A DNA stretch of 64,000 nucleotides from Spirochaetia bacterium (GTDB taxonomy: Bacteria; Spirochaetota; Spirochaetia; UBA9216), in the NCBI GenBank assembly GCA_963677925.2, contig CAXXYH010000004.1, positions 64,001 to 128,000 on the forward strand, written 5' to 3'. Shown in pieces: positions 28,091-37,663 of this stretch. The notes below the pieces were generated by a model. That model was not told the DNA's origin. It saw only the letters and a list, made by a program, of their open reading frames with translations, and made no database searches. The first letter of the stretch is position 1; each line of letters opens with the position of its first letter. A program made the position numbers and the translations under genes.

Positions 28091-28513
28091 GTGGCAGATA
28101 GCGGTTTTAATAAATTAAAATTCAGCCTTGATCCTAAAAGCGGTGTTCCGTTCTACAAACAGGTAATCCTGCAGATCGAGATGGCGATAGCCGACGGCCG
28201 GCTGATTACCGGAGAGCAGCTTCCGACAGTGCGAAGCCTTGCGGTAGAGCTCCGAATCAATCCCAATACGGTTGCAAGGGCATACAATGAACTTGAAATC
28301 AGGGGCATAGTTACGACCCAGCAGGGAACCGGAACATTTATAAGCGGAAAAAAGGTTGAGCTTGATGAAATCAGAAGAGAAAAAGTCCTTTCATCAATAG
28401 TCAAATCATTCGTATCCAAAGCCGGATCGTACGGCTTCACACTAAATGAAATAATTGAATACCTACAGCTTCATGAAGCTGGAAACAAGGAGAAGGAGGG
28501 TGAGCATGTTTGA
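28091..28513 (+). CDS. GntR family regulator, YtrA subfamily
   Basis: PFYKQV, GEQLPTVRSLAVELRINPNTVARAYNELEIRG, QGTGTFI; short C-terminus. Confidence 0.92.
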   Translation: MADSGFNKLKFSLDPKSGVPFYKQVILQIEMAIADGRLITGEQLPTVRSLAVELRINPNTVARAYNELEIRGIVTTQQGTGTFISGKKVELDEIRREKVLSSIVKSFVSKAGSYGFTLNEIIEYLQLHEAGNKEKEGEHV

Positions 28514-29573
28514 ACCCAAATTTGATCGAATTAAAAACTTCAGCAAAACCGTAATATCAAGAGACTTCAGTTACAGCGCTGTATCTTTCCTGGTGCTGGG
28601 CATAATAATCACTGCAGGCCTGTTTATACAGCTGAAAGTGGTTCCGGATGCAATGATGCAGGATATTGTATTTATTGCATCCGCGGCACTTTTAAGCGGT
28701 GTAGTGATTGCCGTTATTCCGCTGTGGATAATGGTAATAGTTGTGATCTGCGCAGACTGGATCGGCCTGATCGCATTCTACGACATAAGCTTCTACCCCA
28801 TCGCGGCGGCAGCCTCGGTAGGCCTGCTTCTGTCCGCGTCTGTAGAACTTGTATATCAGTGGGATAAGGTTGTCATCCTGCGTATGGGAAGATTCAGAAA
28901 GGTTCACGGACCCGGACTGTTTCTGCTGATGCCGCTGCTGGACCGGACCGCAGCCTTTGTTGATACCAGAATCAGAGCCACCGACTTCAGCGCAGAAAAA
29001 ACGCTTACAAGAGACACCGTTCCTGTCCACGTTGATGCACTGGCTTTCTGGATGATCTGGGACGCAAAGCAGGCCATCCTGGAGGTGGAAAACTATCTTG
29101 AAGCCGTAATTCTGTCCGCCCAGACAGCACTTCGTGATTCAATAGGTAAATATGATCTTGCAACACTGCTCTCTGAAAGGGATGAGCTTGGAAAGGAAAT
29201 ACAGAAAATCCTGGACACTAAGACCAATCCCTGGGGAGTGACAATCCTTTCAATTGAAATTACCGACATTATCATACCCAAGGAGCTTGAGGATTCACTC
29301 AGCAAGCAGGCTCAGGCGGAAAGAGAACGTAAATCAAGGGTAATCCTTGCCGAGGCTGAAGTTGAAGTAGCCGAACGATACGAGAAGGCCGCTGAAAAAT
29401 ACAGAGAAAATCCGGAAGCTCTGCAGCTTCGGGCTATGAATATCGTTTATGAGGGATTAAGGAAAAACAGCTCAATGATGCTGATGCCTTCATCGGTTCT
29501 TGACAGCATGAACCTCGGAACCGTCATGGGCACTGCTGCGCTTAGCAAGGAGAAATTAAATGATAAAGATTGA
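28506..29573 (+). CDS. SPFH/stomatin (slipin) family protein with extra N-terminal TM helices
   Basis: VILRMGRF...GPGLF, LTRDTVPVHVDA, AQTALRDSIG, QAQAERERKSRVILAEAE, ALQLR; start moved to ATG 28506 after GGAGG. Confidence 0.9.
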   Translation: MFEPKFDRIKNFSKTVISRDFSYSAVSFLVLGIIITAGLFIQLKVVPDAMMQDIVFIASAALLSGVVIAVIPLWIMVIVVICADWIGLIAFYDISFYPIAAAASVGLLLSASVELVYQWDKVVILRMGRFRKVHGPGLFLLMPLLDRTAAFVDTRIRATDFSAEKTLTRDTVPVHVDALAFWMIWDAKQAILEVENYLEAVILSAQTALRDSIGKYDLATLLSERDELGKEIQKILDTKTNPWGVTILSIEITDIIIPKELEDSLSKQAQAERERKSRVILAEAEVEVAERYEKAAEKYRENPEALQLRAMNIVYEGLRKNSSMMLMPSSVLDSMNLGTVMGTAALSKEKLNDKD

Positions 29574-30237
29574 TTCAGTAGTAAGAACCTACAAAGCCGG
29601 AGAAACAGAAGTTCAGGCACTTAAGGGCGTTTCACTGAACATCGACTCAGGTGAATTTATATCAATAGCCGGCCCGTCAGGCTCGGGAAAGACTACCCTT
29701 CTCAATCTGATCGGCTGCATAGACGCTCTCGATTCAGGTGAAATTTCAATTAAGGGAGTTCCGGTTTCCAGGATGAGCAAGAAGGAGAAGACTGAATTCA
29801 GGCGTAAAAACCTCGGTTTCATCTTTCAGACCTACAACCTGATACCAGTCCTGACCGCCTACGAGAATGTGGCCTTTGCCCTCTCCCTGCTGGATTTAAA
29901 GGAAGAAGAAGTAAGAGCTCGAAGCATGGGAATTCTCCAAGAAGTAGGACTGAAAGGAATGGAAAACCGCAGACCCGACCGGCTTTCGGGAGGACAGCAG
30001 CAGAGGGTCGCTATCGCCAGAGCGCTTGTAAAGCAGCCTGAAATCATTCTTGCCGATGAGCCAACAGCAAATCTGGACTCTGAAACAGGTGAGGATATTC
30101 TTAAGCTGATGCAGGAAATGAATCAGAAATACAATACTACCTTTATTTTTTCCACCCATGACAGGATGGTTATGGATTATGCAAAAAGACTGGTGCTGCT
30201 TCACGACGGAAAGATTCAGAATGACGAAAGGAGGTAA
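29560..30237 (+). CDS. ABC transporter ATP-binding protein (LolD/MacB-like)
   Basis: GPSGSGKTT, LSGGQQQRVAIARAL, LADEPTANLD, STHD. Confidence 0.95.
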   Translation: MIKIDSVVRTYKAGETEVQALKGVSLNIDSGEFISIAGPSGSGKTTLLNLIGCIDALDSGEISIKGVPVSRMSKKEKTEFRRKNLGFIFQTYNLIPVLTAYENVAFALSLLDLKEEEVRARSMGILQEVGLKGMENRRPDRLSGGQQQRVAIARALVKQPEIILADEPTANLDSETGEDILKLMQEMNQKYNTTFIFSTHDRMVMDYAKRLVLLHDGKIQNDERR

Positions 30238-30240
30238 AAA

Positions 30241-31488
30241 ATGCGTTTTATAGTAACACTCGCATTTAAAAACCTTACACGATATAAGAGAAGAACCCTC
30301 ATCACTGCGGCAGCCATAGCATTCGGAATAATGATGTTCATAATGATAGATTCAATGCTCAAGGGCGCCGAGTATGAATCGGTGAGGAACCTTAAATGGT
30401 ATGAAACCTCCTCAGTACGAATCTATGACGAAGAATACTGGGAAGACAGGTTTCAGCTTCCTCTTGATATAAGTATAGAAGACCCTGATGAAATACTTCA
30501 GAAGCTTGATGAAGCCGGCTATACTGCATCACCAAGGACTGTATTCTCAGGGGATCTGATATTAAACGCTCAGGATTTCGGAGAGGACGGCAATATGCCG
30601 GCAACAGTTACTGCAATAGATCCTGAACATGACTATGAGGTCTTCCATTACAGCGATACCCTTGTTGACGGCCGGTTCCTTGAGCCGGGAGAGGATGCAA
30701 TACTTATGGGTTCCTGGTTTGCCGAAGATATCAACGCAAAGGTGGGCAGCTGGGTTACCATCGTAACAAGGGGAAACGGCGGTTTTTATGAGGCAATGGA
30801 TCTTGAGATAGTCGGAATAGTGAACTGCCCGAACCCGAATGTTAACCGTACCCTCATCATGATGCCCATAACAACAGCCGACTACTACCTGGAAATGGAC
30901 GGGGCTGTGACCGAGATCAACATCAGACTCCCCGATAGTGCCGATACTGCGCAGGCAGCAAAGGATATTCAGCAGCTCATTGCCGGAAGCGGGAACACAG
31001 CCCTTAACTGGGAAGTGATGGCAGCCGATTTTCTTGCAATTGCCGAAGCAAAGCGAGGAGGGACAGGTATGATTCTGTTTCTGATTTTTATCATCGCTGC
31101 GGTTGGAATTTCGAATACCATGCTGATGGCTATCTTTGAGAGAATAAGGGAACTTGGAATGATGAGGGCTCTGGGTATGAGCGACAAGGCTATACGTATG
31201 ACCTTTATGACAGAGGCGGCAGGAATCGGCTTAATCGGCTCAGTAATCGGAATTATCCTTGGAATCCTGGTGAATATCTACGTTGTTGAAATTGGATTCG
31301 ATTTCGGATTCATGCTCAGAGACATGGACATCGGCTACCGGATTCAGAGTGTCATGAGGGGCGTCTGGAATCCGCTGACTATGGTGGGAGCCTTCTTTGC
31401 AGGCACAATCATTTCAACACTGGTTGCTTTTTTTCCCACCGGAAAGGCCCTGTCTATGGACATCCCCGCATGTCTGAGACACCAGTAA
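30241..31488 (+). CDS. ABC transporter permease (FtsX/LolC-E-like)
   Basis: LAFKNLTRYKRRTL, large periplasmic loop, NTMLMAIFERIRELGMMRALG. Confidence 0.9.
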   Translation: MRFIVTLAFKNLTRYKRRTLITAAAIAFGIMMFIMIDSMLKGAEYESVRNLKWYETSSVRIYDEEYWEDRFQLPLDISIEDPDEILQKLDEAGYTASPRTVFSGDLILNAQDFGEDGNMPATVTAIDPEHDYEVFHYSDTLVDGRFLEPGEDAILMGSWFAEDINAKVGSWVTIVTRGNGGFYEAMDLEIVGIVNCPNPNVNRTLIMMPITTADYYLEMDGAVTEINIRLPDSADTAQAAKDIQQLIAGSGNTALNWEVMAADFLAIAEAKRGGTGMILFLIFIIAAVGISNTMLMAIFERIRELGMMRALGMSDKAIRMTFMTEAAGIGLIGSVIGIILGILVNIYVVEIGFDFGFMLRDMDIGYRIQSVMRGVWNPLTMVGAFFAGTIISTLVAFFPTGKALSMDIPACLRHQ

Positions 31489-31500
31489 AAGGAGGACGGA

Positions 31501-32727
31501 ATGAATCAGAAACTTGCCGAAACGGCCTTCCGGAATATAAGCAGAAACAAACGGCGCTCGATACTGTCAGGAACAGCAATCGCAGTTGCCGCAATGAGCA
31601 TAGTTATATTATTCGCCTTCATAGGCGGAATGAGTGCAGATATGTCTGAAAACCTCAGATCCTTCTACACCGGCGACATAAGAATCAGACATAAGGACTT
31701 TGCTGAATTTGAACGCTACAACCCGATTCACCTTACAGTTAACGTCGATGAAGCAGAAGATATTCTTAATGCCGATCCGGATATTCAGGCATGGACTCCC
31801 CGGACTACCTTTCCGGCGGCATTCAACGGCTCAAACTTCGGCGCTGTCGGTGTAGGTGTAGATCTCGAACGTGAAAAAGATTACCTGGACCTTAACTCTA
31901 TTGTTCATGATGGCAGGCTTCCGGAGTACGGTAAAAATGAAATGATAATAGGGGCAGTTCTTGCCCGGGACATGAAGCTGAAAATCGGAGACAAGGTCAC
32001 TCTTATGACAACAACAGCAGCCAGGGGTACTAATGCAATCACCCTGAAAGTCACCGGTATCGCAACCTTTCCGGTAGCAACTATGAACGCCAAGTATTTC
32101 TGGATGCCGCTTGACCGCGCCCAGTATTTTCTGAGAATGCCCCATAACAGCCTTGATATCATCATCAAGCTGAAAGAAGGTATTGACCCGAAGAAAAAAA
32201 CGGCAGAACTCATTCAGAAATACGAGTCGGACGGAATGGAATTTGAAATCAGTCCGCTTCTGGAAATGAATGATATGTACGGATTTCTTAAGCTGGCTGA
32301 GAATGTTTACAACATTATGGCATTCATCTTCTTTCTGCTCGGCAGCACAGTAATCATAAACACCACGATGATGGTTATCTTTGAGAGGATGCGTGAGATC
32401 GGAACAATGTCTGCGATGGGCATGCACGGCAATGAGCTTATAAGGCTATTCTTTCTTGAAGGAACATATATCAGTGCAATCGGTTCTGCAGTCGGCGTGC
32501 TTCTGGGTGTTGTAATTACCCTTTATCTTAAAAGGGTTGGAATTGATTTTACCGATGCGATGTCCGGCATGGATTTTGAAATATCATCGGTACTGTATCC
32601 GGTACTCAGCATACCTAAAACCATATTTGTATATTTCTATGCAGTAGTAATTGCCGCCTTTGCAACATTCATTCCATCAAGAAAGGCTGCAAGAATCGAA
32701 CCTGTGGAAGCTCTCAGGTATATATAG
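31501..32727 (+). CDS. ABC transporter permease (FtsX/LolC-E-like)
   Basis: AFRNISRNKRRS, NTTMMVIFERMREIGTMSAMG, PSRKAARIEPVEALR. Confidence 0.9.
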   Translation: MNQKLAETAFRNISRNKRRSILSGTAIAVAAMSIVILFAFIGGMSADMSENLRSFYTGDIRIRHKDFAEFERYNPIHLTVNVDEAEDILNADPDIQAWTPRTTFPAAFNGSNFGAVGVGVDLEREKDYLDLNSIVHDGRLPEYGKNEMIIGAVLARDMKLKIGDKVTLMTTTAARGTNAITLKVTGIATFPVATMNAKYFWMPLDRAQYFLRMPHNSLDIIIKLKEGIDPKKKTAELIQKYESDGMEFEISPLLEMNDMYGFLKLAENVYNIMAFIFFLLGSTVIINTTMMVIFERMREIGTMSAMGMHGNELIRLFFLEGTYISAIGSAVGVLLGVVITLYLKRVGIDFTDAMSGMDFEISSVLYPVLSIPKTIFVYFYAVVIAAFATFIPSRKAARIEPVEALRYI

Positions 32728-32748
32728 ACACTCTATTTACAGGAGGAA

Positions 32749-33492
32749 ATGATGAGAAATATTATTAAACCTTTACTATTGATATTCATAATCTTAAGTT
32801 CTTCAGCCCTCTATGCACAGACTGCTGATGAAATACTGGCGGAATCCGATCGGAGGCAGGTCTTTGAAAGCTCTGTCTCATCAGGAGAAATTCAGGTTAA
32901 AGACCGCTTCGGCATAAAGGTAAGCACCTTTAACGCCTGGTCCAACGGAGCCGATGAAACTCTACTTGAGTTTACAAGCACAGCAGAGCGGGGACAGAAG
33001 ATTCTGAAGACCGAAGATTCAATATATCTCTATTACCCGGATGCTGAAGAAATCATCCGAATGCAGGGCTCCGCGCTCAGGCAGTCGATGATGGGTTCCG
33101 ACATTTCATATGAGGACATGACCGGCGGAAACGATCGCCTTTCCCAGTACAAAACTTCGATAATCGGAGAGGAAACTCTAAACGGACGCGACTGCTGGAT
33201 TCTCAGTCTTGAGGCAAAAACACGGACGGTCCCCTACCCTAAAGAGAAGATATGGATCGATAAGTCAAACTATATTGTCGTAAAGGGAGAATATTCAACA
33301 AAATCAGGAAGACTGCTGAAAGAGATGGAAGTGCTTGAAACCATGACAGTAGGCGGCCGTGCAATAGCTTCAAAATCCAGGATCTCGGATAAGATGAAAA
33401 GTGATTCCGAAACAATTATGAGCATTAGCGATATAAAAATTAATGTCGAGATAGATCCGGACATTTTCTCACTGGATGAGCTTTCATGGTAA
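32749..33492 (+). CDS. Outer membrane lipoprotein-sorting (LolA-like) periplasmic protein
   Basis: Signal peptide ALYA|Q; RGQKIL, IYLYYP, QSMMGSDISYEDM, YPKEKIWIDK, FSLDEL. Confidence 0.85.
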   Translation: MMRNIIKPLLLIFIILSSSALYAQTADEILAESDRRQVFESSVSSGEIQVKDRFGIKVSTFNAWSNGADETLLEFTSTAERGQKILKTEDSIYLYYPDAEEIIRMQGSALRQSMMGSDISYEDMTGGNDRLSQYKTSIIGEETLNGRDCWILSLEAKTRTVPYPKEKIWIDKSNYIVVKGEYSTKSGRLLKEMEVLETMTVGGRAIASKSRISDKMKSDSETIMSISDIKINVEIDPDIFSLDELSW

Positions 33493-34691
33493 AAAAAACA
33501 GTTTTAATACTTTTGATATCAATCCTGCCCTCGATCATCTTTGCCGAGGGCAGCCTTACACTCGACATGGCTGTAAACAACTTCATTTTCAGGACTCCGG
33601 ACACGGCAACAGAGGATGATTATTACTGGGCCTGGATGACAAGCGGAGCCGGCGGATTCTCATTTGAATCGGAAGGCAACCGCAACGTTAAATCCGAACT
33701 TCAATTCAGTTTCAACTACCCGGAACTGGCTGCAACCCTCGGCTACAGCCTTCCGATTGTCACACTCGACAAGGCCTATGTAAAGGCGCGCTTCCCCTTG
33801 TTCAGAATAACAGCCGGTAAAACCCGGCTAAGCTGGGGCGAGGGCTTCATGTTCAACTCCGGAGATCTGCTTTTCGGCAGCACCGGAACATCGGTCGATT
33901 TAACAGCCGATGAACTCAGAACCGAAACAACCTGGCTTACAGCAGTCAATATCCCGCTGGGCCGATTCTCCTTTTTTGAAGCAGTGGCACTGACACCTGC
34001 AACCGCACTGCAGACAGATCCAGTTTCCGGCACGGTCACCGGAATCAGCTACGGGAATCTAACAGAGGCTTCAGCAGGCGGAAGAATTTACACTAAATTC
34101 ATGGACATTAAAACCGAAGCCGGGTATCTGTACAGCGGAGGAAATGAAGATGCAGCGCACAGGTTTTACGCTTCTTTTCAGGGGAACCTGTTCGCCGACT
34201 GGTATCTGACAGCAGGAACTGCGTTATCAGCAGAGGCGGAAGGTGATGAAATCACCGAAAATCTTGAAGACAACCTCAGCATCAGCGGCGGAATTTTCTA
34301 TATGCAGCAGATAAGTTCCATAAGCACTATAACCTTCCGGCTTGAAGGACTCTACTCACCCTTCGGAGAATTCGGGGAGACAGACTGGGAAGCCGGGTCG
34401 GCAGCCCCTGCTTACGGTGTTTATCTTTATCCTGAAATAGTATATGCCCCGAGCGACACACTCAGCATATCAGCAAGATCGGTATTCTCCCCGGCAGATC
34501 TCTCTGCAGAAATAACGGCAGGGGTCGGATGGAATGTGTTTGAAGGGTTTACCCTCTTTGCCTACCTGCTGAGCAACGCCGGTGATGGTGATGATACCTT
34601 CAGCTGGGAAAGAAACAGGAATCTTACGGCAGCAGCCGGAGAAACTTACAGCAGAATCGCAGTAAGTACAGGAATTAGTTATATTTATTGA
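33486..34691 (+). CDS. Secreted protein, probable outer-membrane beta-barrel
   Basis: Signal peptide; LDKAYVK, ITAGKTRLSWG.G..FN..D; amphipathic strands; aromatic C-terminus STGISYIY. Confidence 0.7.
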   Translation: MVKKTVLILLISILPSIIFAEGSLTLDMAVNNFIFRTPDTATEDDYYWAWMTSGAGGFSFESEGNRNVKSELQFSFNYPELAATLGYSLPIVTLDKAYVKARFPLFRITAGKTRLSWGEGFMFNSGDLLFGSTGTSVDLTADELRTETTWLTAVNIPLGRFSFFEAVALTPATALQTDPVSGTVTGISYGNLTEASAGGRIYTKFMDIKTEAGYLYSGGNEDAAHRFYASFQGNLFADWYLTAGTALSAEAEGDEITENLEDNLSISGGIFYMQQISSISTITFRLEGLYSPFGEFGETDWEAGSAAPAYGVYLYPEIVYAPSDTLSISARSVFSPADLSAEITAGVGWNVFEGFTLFAYLLSNAGDGDDTFSWERNRNLTAAAGETYSRIAVSTGISYIY

Positions 34692-34738
34692 TTGAATAAA
34701 TTGATATCAGGTTCCTGATTGTAGATAATTTAAGCAGA

Positions 34739-36244
34739 ATGCCTGAAATAGACGATGCAAAACAGAAAAGGAACCTGATACTCGCTACTTCGATTGAAAA
34801 AGAGCAGGACGAAGTAAGGGATTATATCGAGAAGAACCATCTCCCATATAGGATTTTCACCCCAAAGGGGTTGAAAGAACTTGATGAACTGACAACTACA
34901 TATCCGATATCTCTGATCATAACTGATTACAGTTATCAGAACGGAAGCCTGGTAGACTGGCTCACCCTTTGGCCGACGCCCTTTATCCTTATGATAGATT
35001 CAGAAGATCTGTTTCCTGTGGATGATGTCATAACAGATGAGTCAAGCACCTTCATACTCAGAAACGGTTCGCCGGGCTTTACCAGCTATCTGATGAGTAT
35101 GGTTAAAAAGGTTCTCAACATAAGAGAAAGCCTTGAGCGGCAGAATTACTTTCTGCAGAATACTGAAAAGCAGTACATGCACCTTGTACAGGCCCTTCCA
35201 GACATTATATATGTACTGAACTCTGATGGAAATTTTACATTCATAAATAATGCAGTAAGGATACTGGGATGGGAGCCTCAGGAACTGATAGGAAAGCACT
35301 TTTCTGAAATCCTTTTTGTAGACGACGTCTCAAAAGTATCAAGAGATATGGTCCTGCCTACTCTAAGAGGCCGGATAACCGGCCATGACAGAGCCCCCAA
35401 ACTCTTTGACGAAAGAAGAACCGGCCCCAGGATGACCAAGGATCTTCAGATAAGGCTGAAAAGAAAGGCTCCAATCGGCGGAGGTATTGAGGTATCTCTT
35501 ACTTCCTACGGAGAACTTGCTGCAGTAGGGCATTCATGGGAAAATAATGAATCGGAATTTGAGAGTCTGGGATCAGCGGGAATAATCAGAGAAAGAAACA
35601 CTGTAAAAAACAAAGAGAACTGCCTTGATCCGACAGGGGATAACATAGAAGAAGAAAAGGCTCTGGCACATCAGGAAGTCCAGCATCTGATAAACAACAA
35701 GCTTCAGATGCTGTCAAGCCTCATCTCGCTCAAACAGGGATCTACTGAGGACGCAACGGCTGCTTCTGTAATGAATGAAATTCAGATTCAGATATACACC
35801 CTCTCACTTGTTTATCAGAATATGGTTAAAATCGACAGTAAAAACAAGATAAAGATGCAGACATATCTGGATGATATTATTAAGCATTTGACAAGTTCAT
35901 ATTCAGCAAACCCGTGGGCTCAGAAGATAGAAGTCCACTGCGATTATATATATCTCGATACAGATGTAGCTATAGCCGTTTCAATGCTGATAAATGAACT
36001 GCTGACGATAATTCTCAAGACTCAGAACGAACTCAGCTGCGAAACAAGCCCGGTATCTTCAACATTTTTACTTAACGACAATATTGCACAGCTTAAATTA
36101 AGGATGTCAAAAACCATTCTGGACAATTGCCGGAAAATCATTGAGGATGATCAATCCGGCATAATTATCACTGCTTTAACCGATCAGCTTCAGGGACAGC
36201 TGTTCCTCGATGAAACATCAGTAACGCTGTTCTTCAATATTTGA
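34739..36244 (+). CDS. PAS domain protein with degenerate receiver-like and HisKA_2/HATPase-like regions
   Basis: LVQALPDIIYVLNSDGNFTFINNAVRILGWEPQELIGKHFSEI (PAS); EVQHLINNKLQMLSSLISL (HisKA_2-like). Confidence 0.75.
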   Translation: MPEIDDAKQKRNLILATSIEKEQDEVRDYIEKNHLPYRIFTPKGLKELDELTTTYPISLIITDYSYQNGSLVDWLTLWPTPFILMIDSEDLFPVDDVITDESSTFILRNGSPGFTSYLMSMVKKVLNIRESLERQNYFLQNTEKQYMHLVQALPDIIYVLNSDGNFTFINNAVRILGWEPQELIGKHFSEILFVDDVSKVSRDMVLPTLRGRITGHDRAPKLFDERRTGPRMTKDLQIRLKRKAPIGGGIEVSLTSYGELAAVGHSWENNESEFESLGSAGIIRERNTVKNKENCLDPTGDNIEEEKALAHQEVQHLINNKLQMLSSLISLKQGSTEDATAASVMNEIQIQIYTLSLVYQNMVKIDSKNKIKMQTYLDDIIKHLTSSYSANPWAQKIEVHCDYIYLDTDVAIAVSMLINELLTIILKTQNELSCETSPVSSTFLLNDNIAQLKLRMSKTILDNCRKIIEDDQSGIIITALTDQLQGQLFLDETSVTLFFNI

Positions 36245-36252
36245 CAGTCTGC

Positions 36253-37596
36253 TTACCCTTTCTTTTTCAGCAGCATGCTTGCAGCAGTAAGCAGAGGATC
36301 CCATACCGGACTGAAAGGCGGTGCATAGGCAAGGTCTGATTCATAGAACTCCGCTACCGAAAGCCCTGCCTGTACCGCAACCGCAGCCGCATTTATACGT
36401 CTGGCAACACCTTCAGTCCCGGTCATCTGAGCACCAAGCATTTTACCGCTTGCCTTATCGGCAATCACAGCCACATGAATTGCAGAAGCCCCCTCAAAGA
36501 CATGGGCCTTTGATTTAGCCACAATGGCCTTATAAACCGGTTCAAAACCGGCATCCTCAGCCTGCGCAACAGTGATGCCGGTTTTTGCCACTTCATAGTC
36601 AAAAACCTTGAACACCGCAGTGCCTGCAATTCCGTTAAACGGAGCATCCTCTCCCATCATGTTATCAGCAGCAAGACGGCCGCCCCTGTTTGCAGTGAGT
36701 GCGAGAGGAAGCCAGATCTTCTTTCCAGTTACAATGCTGAGACAGTCTGCACAGTCTCCGGCCGAATAAATATCAGGGTCTGAGGTCTGCATATTCTTAT
36801 TGATTGAAACAGCACCTTCTGCCCCCAGCTCCAGACCGGCAGCCTTTGCAAGTTCAGCCTCAGGAACTACTCCTGTTGCAACAAGAACCATTTCACCGCT
36901 GAAAGACTTTCCACCTGCATTAACAGTCAGGCTGCCGCGGCCCCCGCTTATTTTTTCAACTGGATACCCGTCATTAAGCTCGACACCCTTTTCTGTAAGC
37001 GATTTTCTTAATACATCTGAAAGTTCCGGAAGCATCCATGGAAGCAGCCCCTCACGGCGTTTGACCATAACAACCTTTATGCCGCGGGCATGCAGAGCTT
37101 CTGCCATCTCAAGGGCTATATAACCCATTCCTATAAGGACCGCAGTCTTAACTTCAACTTCGGCAAGGTATGTCTTAATATCTCTTGCATCCTGCAGGGT
37201 TTTCAGCTTGAAGACCCCTTCGAGATCCATTCCATCAACAGGCAGCATTGCAGCCTTTGCTCCGGTAGCAATAAGAAGCTTGTCATATCCGCATTTAAAA
37301 TCACCTGATTCGGAGTTCTTCCCCGAAACGGTTTTCTCATTCCGGTTGATAGCCGTAACTTCATGACCGGTTCTGAGATCTATGCCCTGAGACTCTCTGA
37401 AAGCTTCAGCAGATCTGACAACCAGCCTGTCAATTGCTGCTTCCGGTTTTGCTATATTATACGGCATTCCGCAGGCACTGTACGAAACATCCATCGTCTT
37501 TTCAAATACAACAACCTCAGAATCCGGCTCTCTTCTTTTAATTCTGGACGCAGCACTCATACCTGCAGCATCGCCACCGATTATTACATACTTCAT
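36253..37596 (-). CDS. CoA-disulfide reductase / NADH oxidase family flavoprotein
   Basis: GGDAAGMSAA, SYSACGMPY, IATGA, GMGYIALE, IYSAGDC, DLAYAPPFSPVWDP. Confidence 0.92.
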   Translation of the reverse strand: MKYVIIGGDAAGMSAASRIKRREPDSEVVVFEKTMDVSYSACGMPYNIAKPEAAIDRLVVRSAEAFRESQGIDLRTGHEVTAINRNEKTVSGKNSESGDFKCGYDKLLIATGAKAAMLPVDGMDLEGVFKLKTLQDARDIKTYLAEVEVKTAVLIGMGYIALEMAEALHARGIKVVMVKRREGLLPWMLPELSDVLRKSLTEKGVELNDGYPVEKISGGRGSLTVNAGGKSFSGEMVLVATGVVPEAELAKAAGLELGAEGAVSINKNMQTSDPDIYSAGDCADCLSIVTGKKIWLPLALTANRGGRLAADNMMGEDAPFNGIAGTAVFKVFDYEVAKTGITVAQAEDAGFEPVYKAIVAKSKAHVFEGASAIHVAVIADKASGKMLGAQMTGTEGVARRINAAAVAVQAGLSVAEFYESDLAYAPPFSPVWDPLLTAASMLLKKKG

Positions 37597-37663
37597 TTGC
37601 GAATCTCCTATATATGTATGATTATATAATAATAAAGCTGAGGCTGTAATCCAAATTTTGTTT

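Noticed and set aside
31831-32427. 198-aa His/Cys-rich antisense ORF
   Set aside because: Shadow of the ABC permease; its composition reflects the reverse complement of hydrophobic codons.
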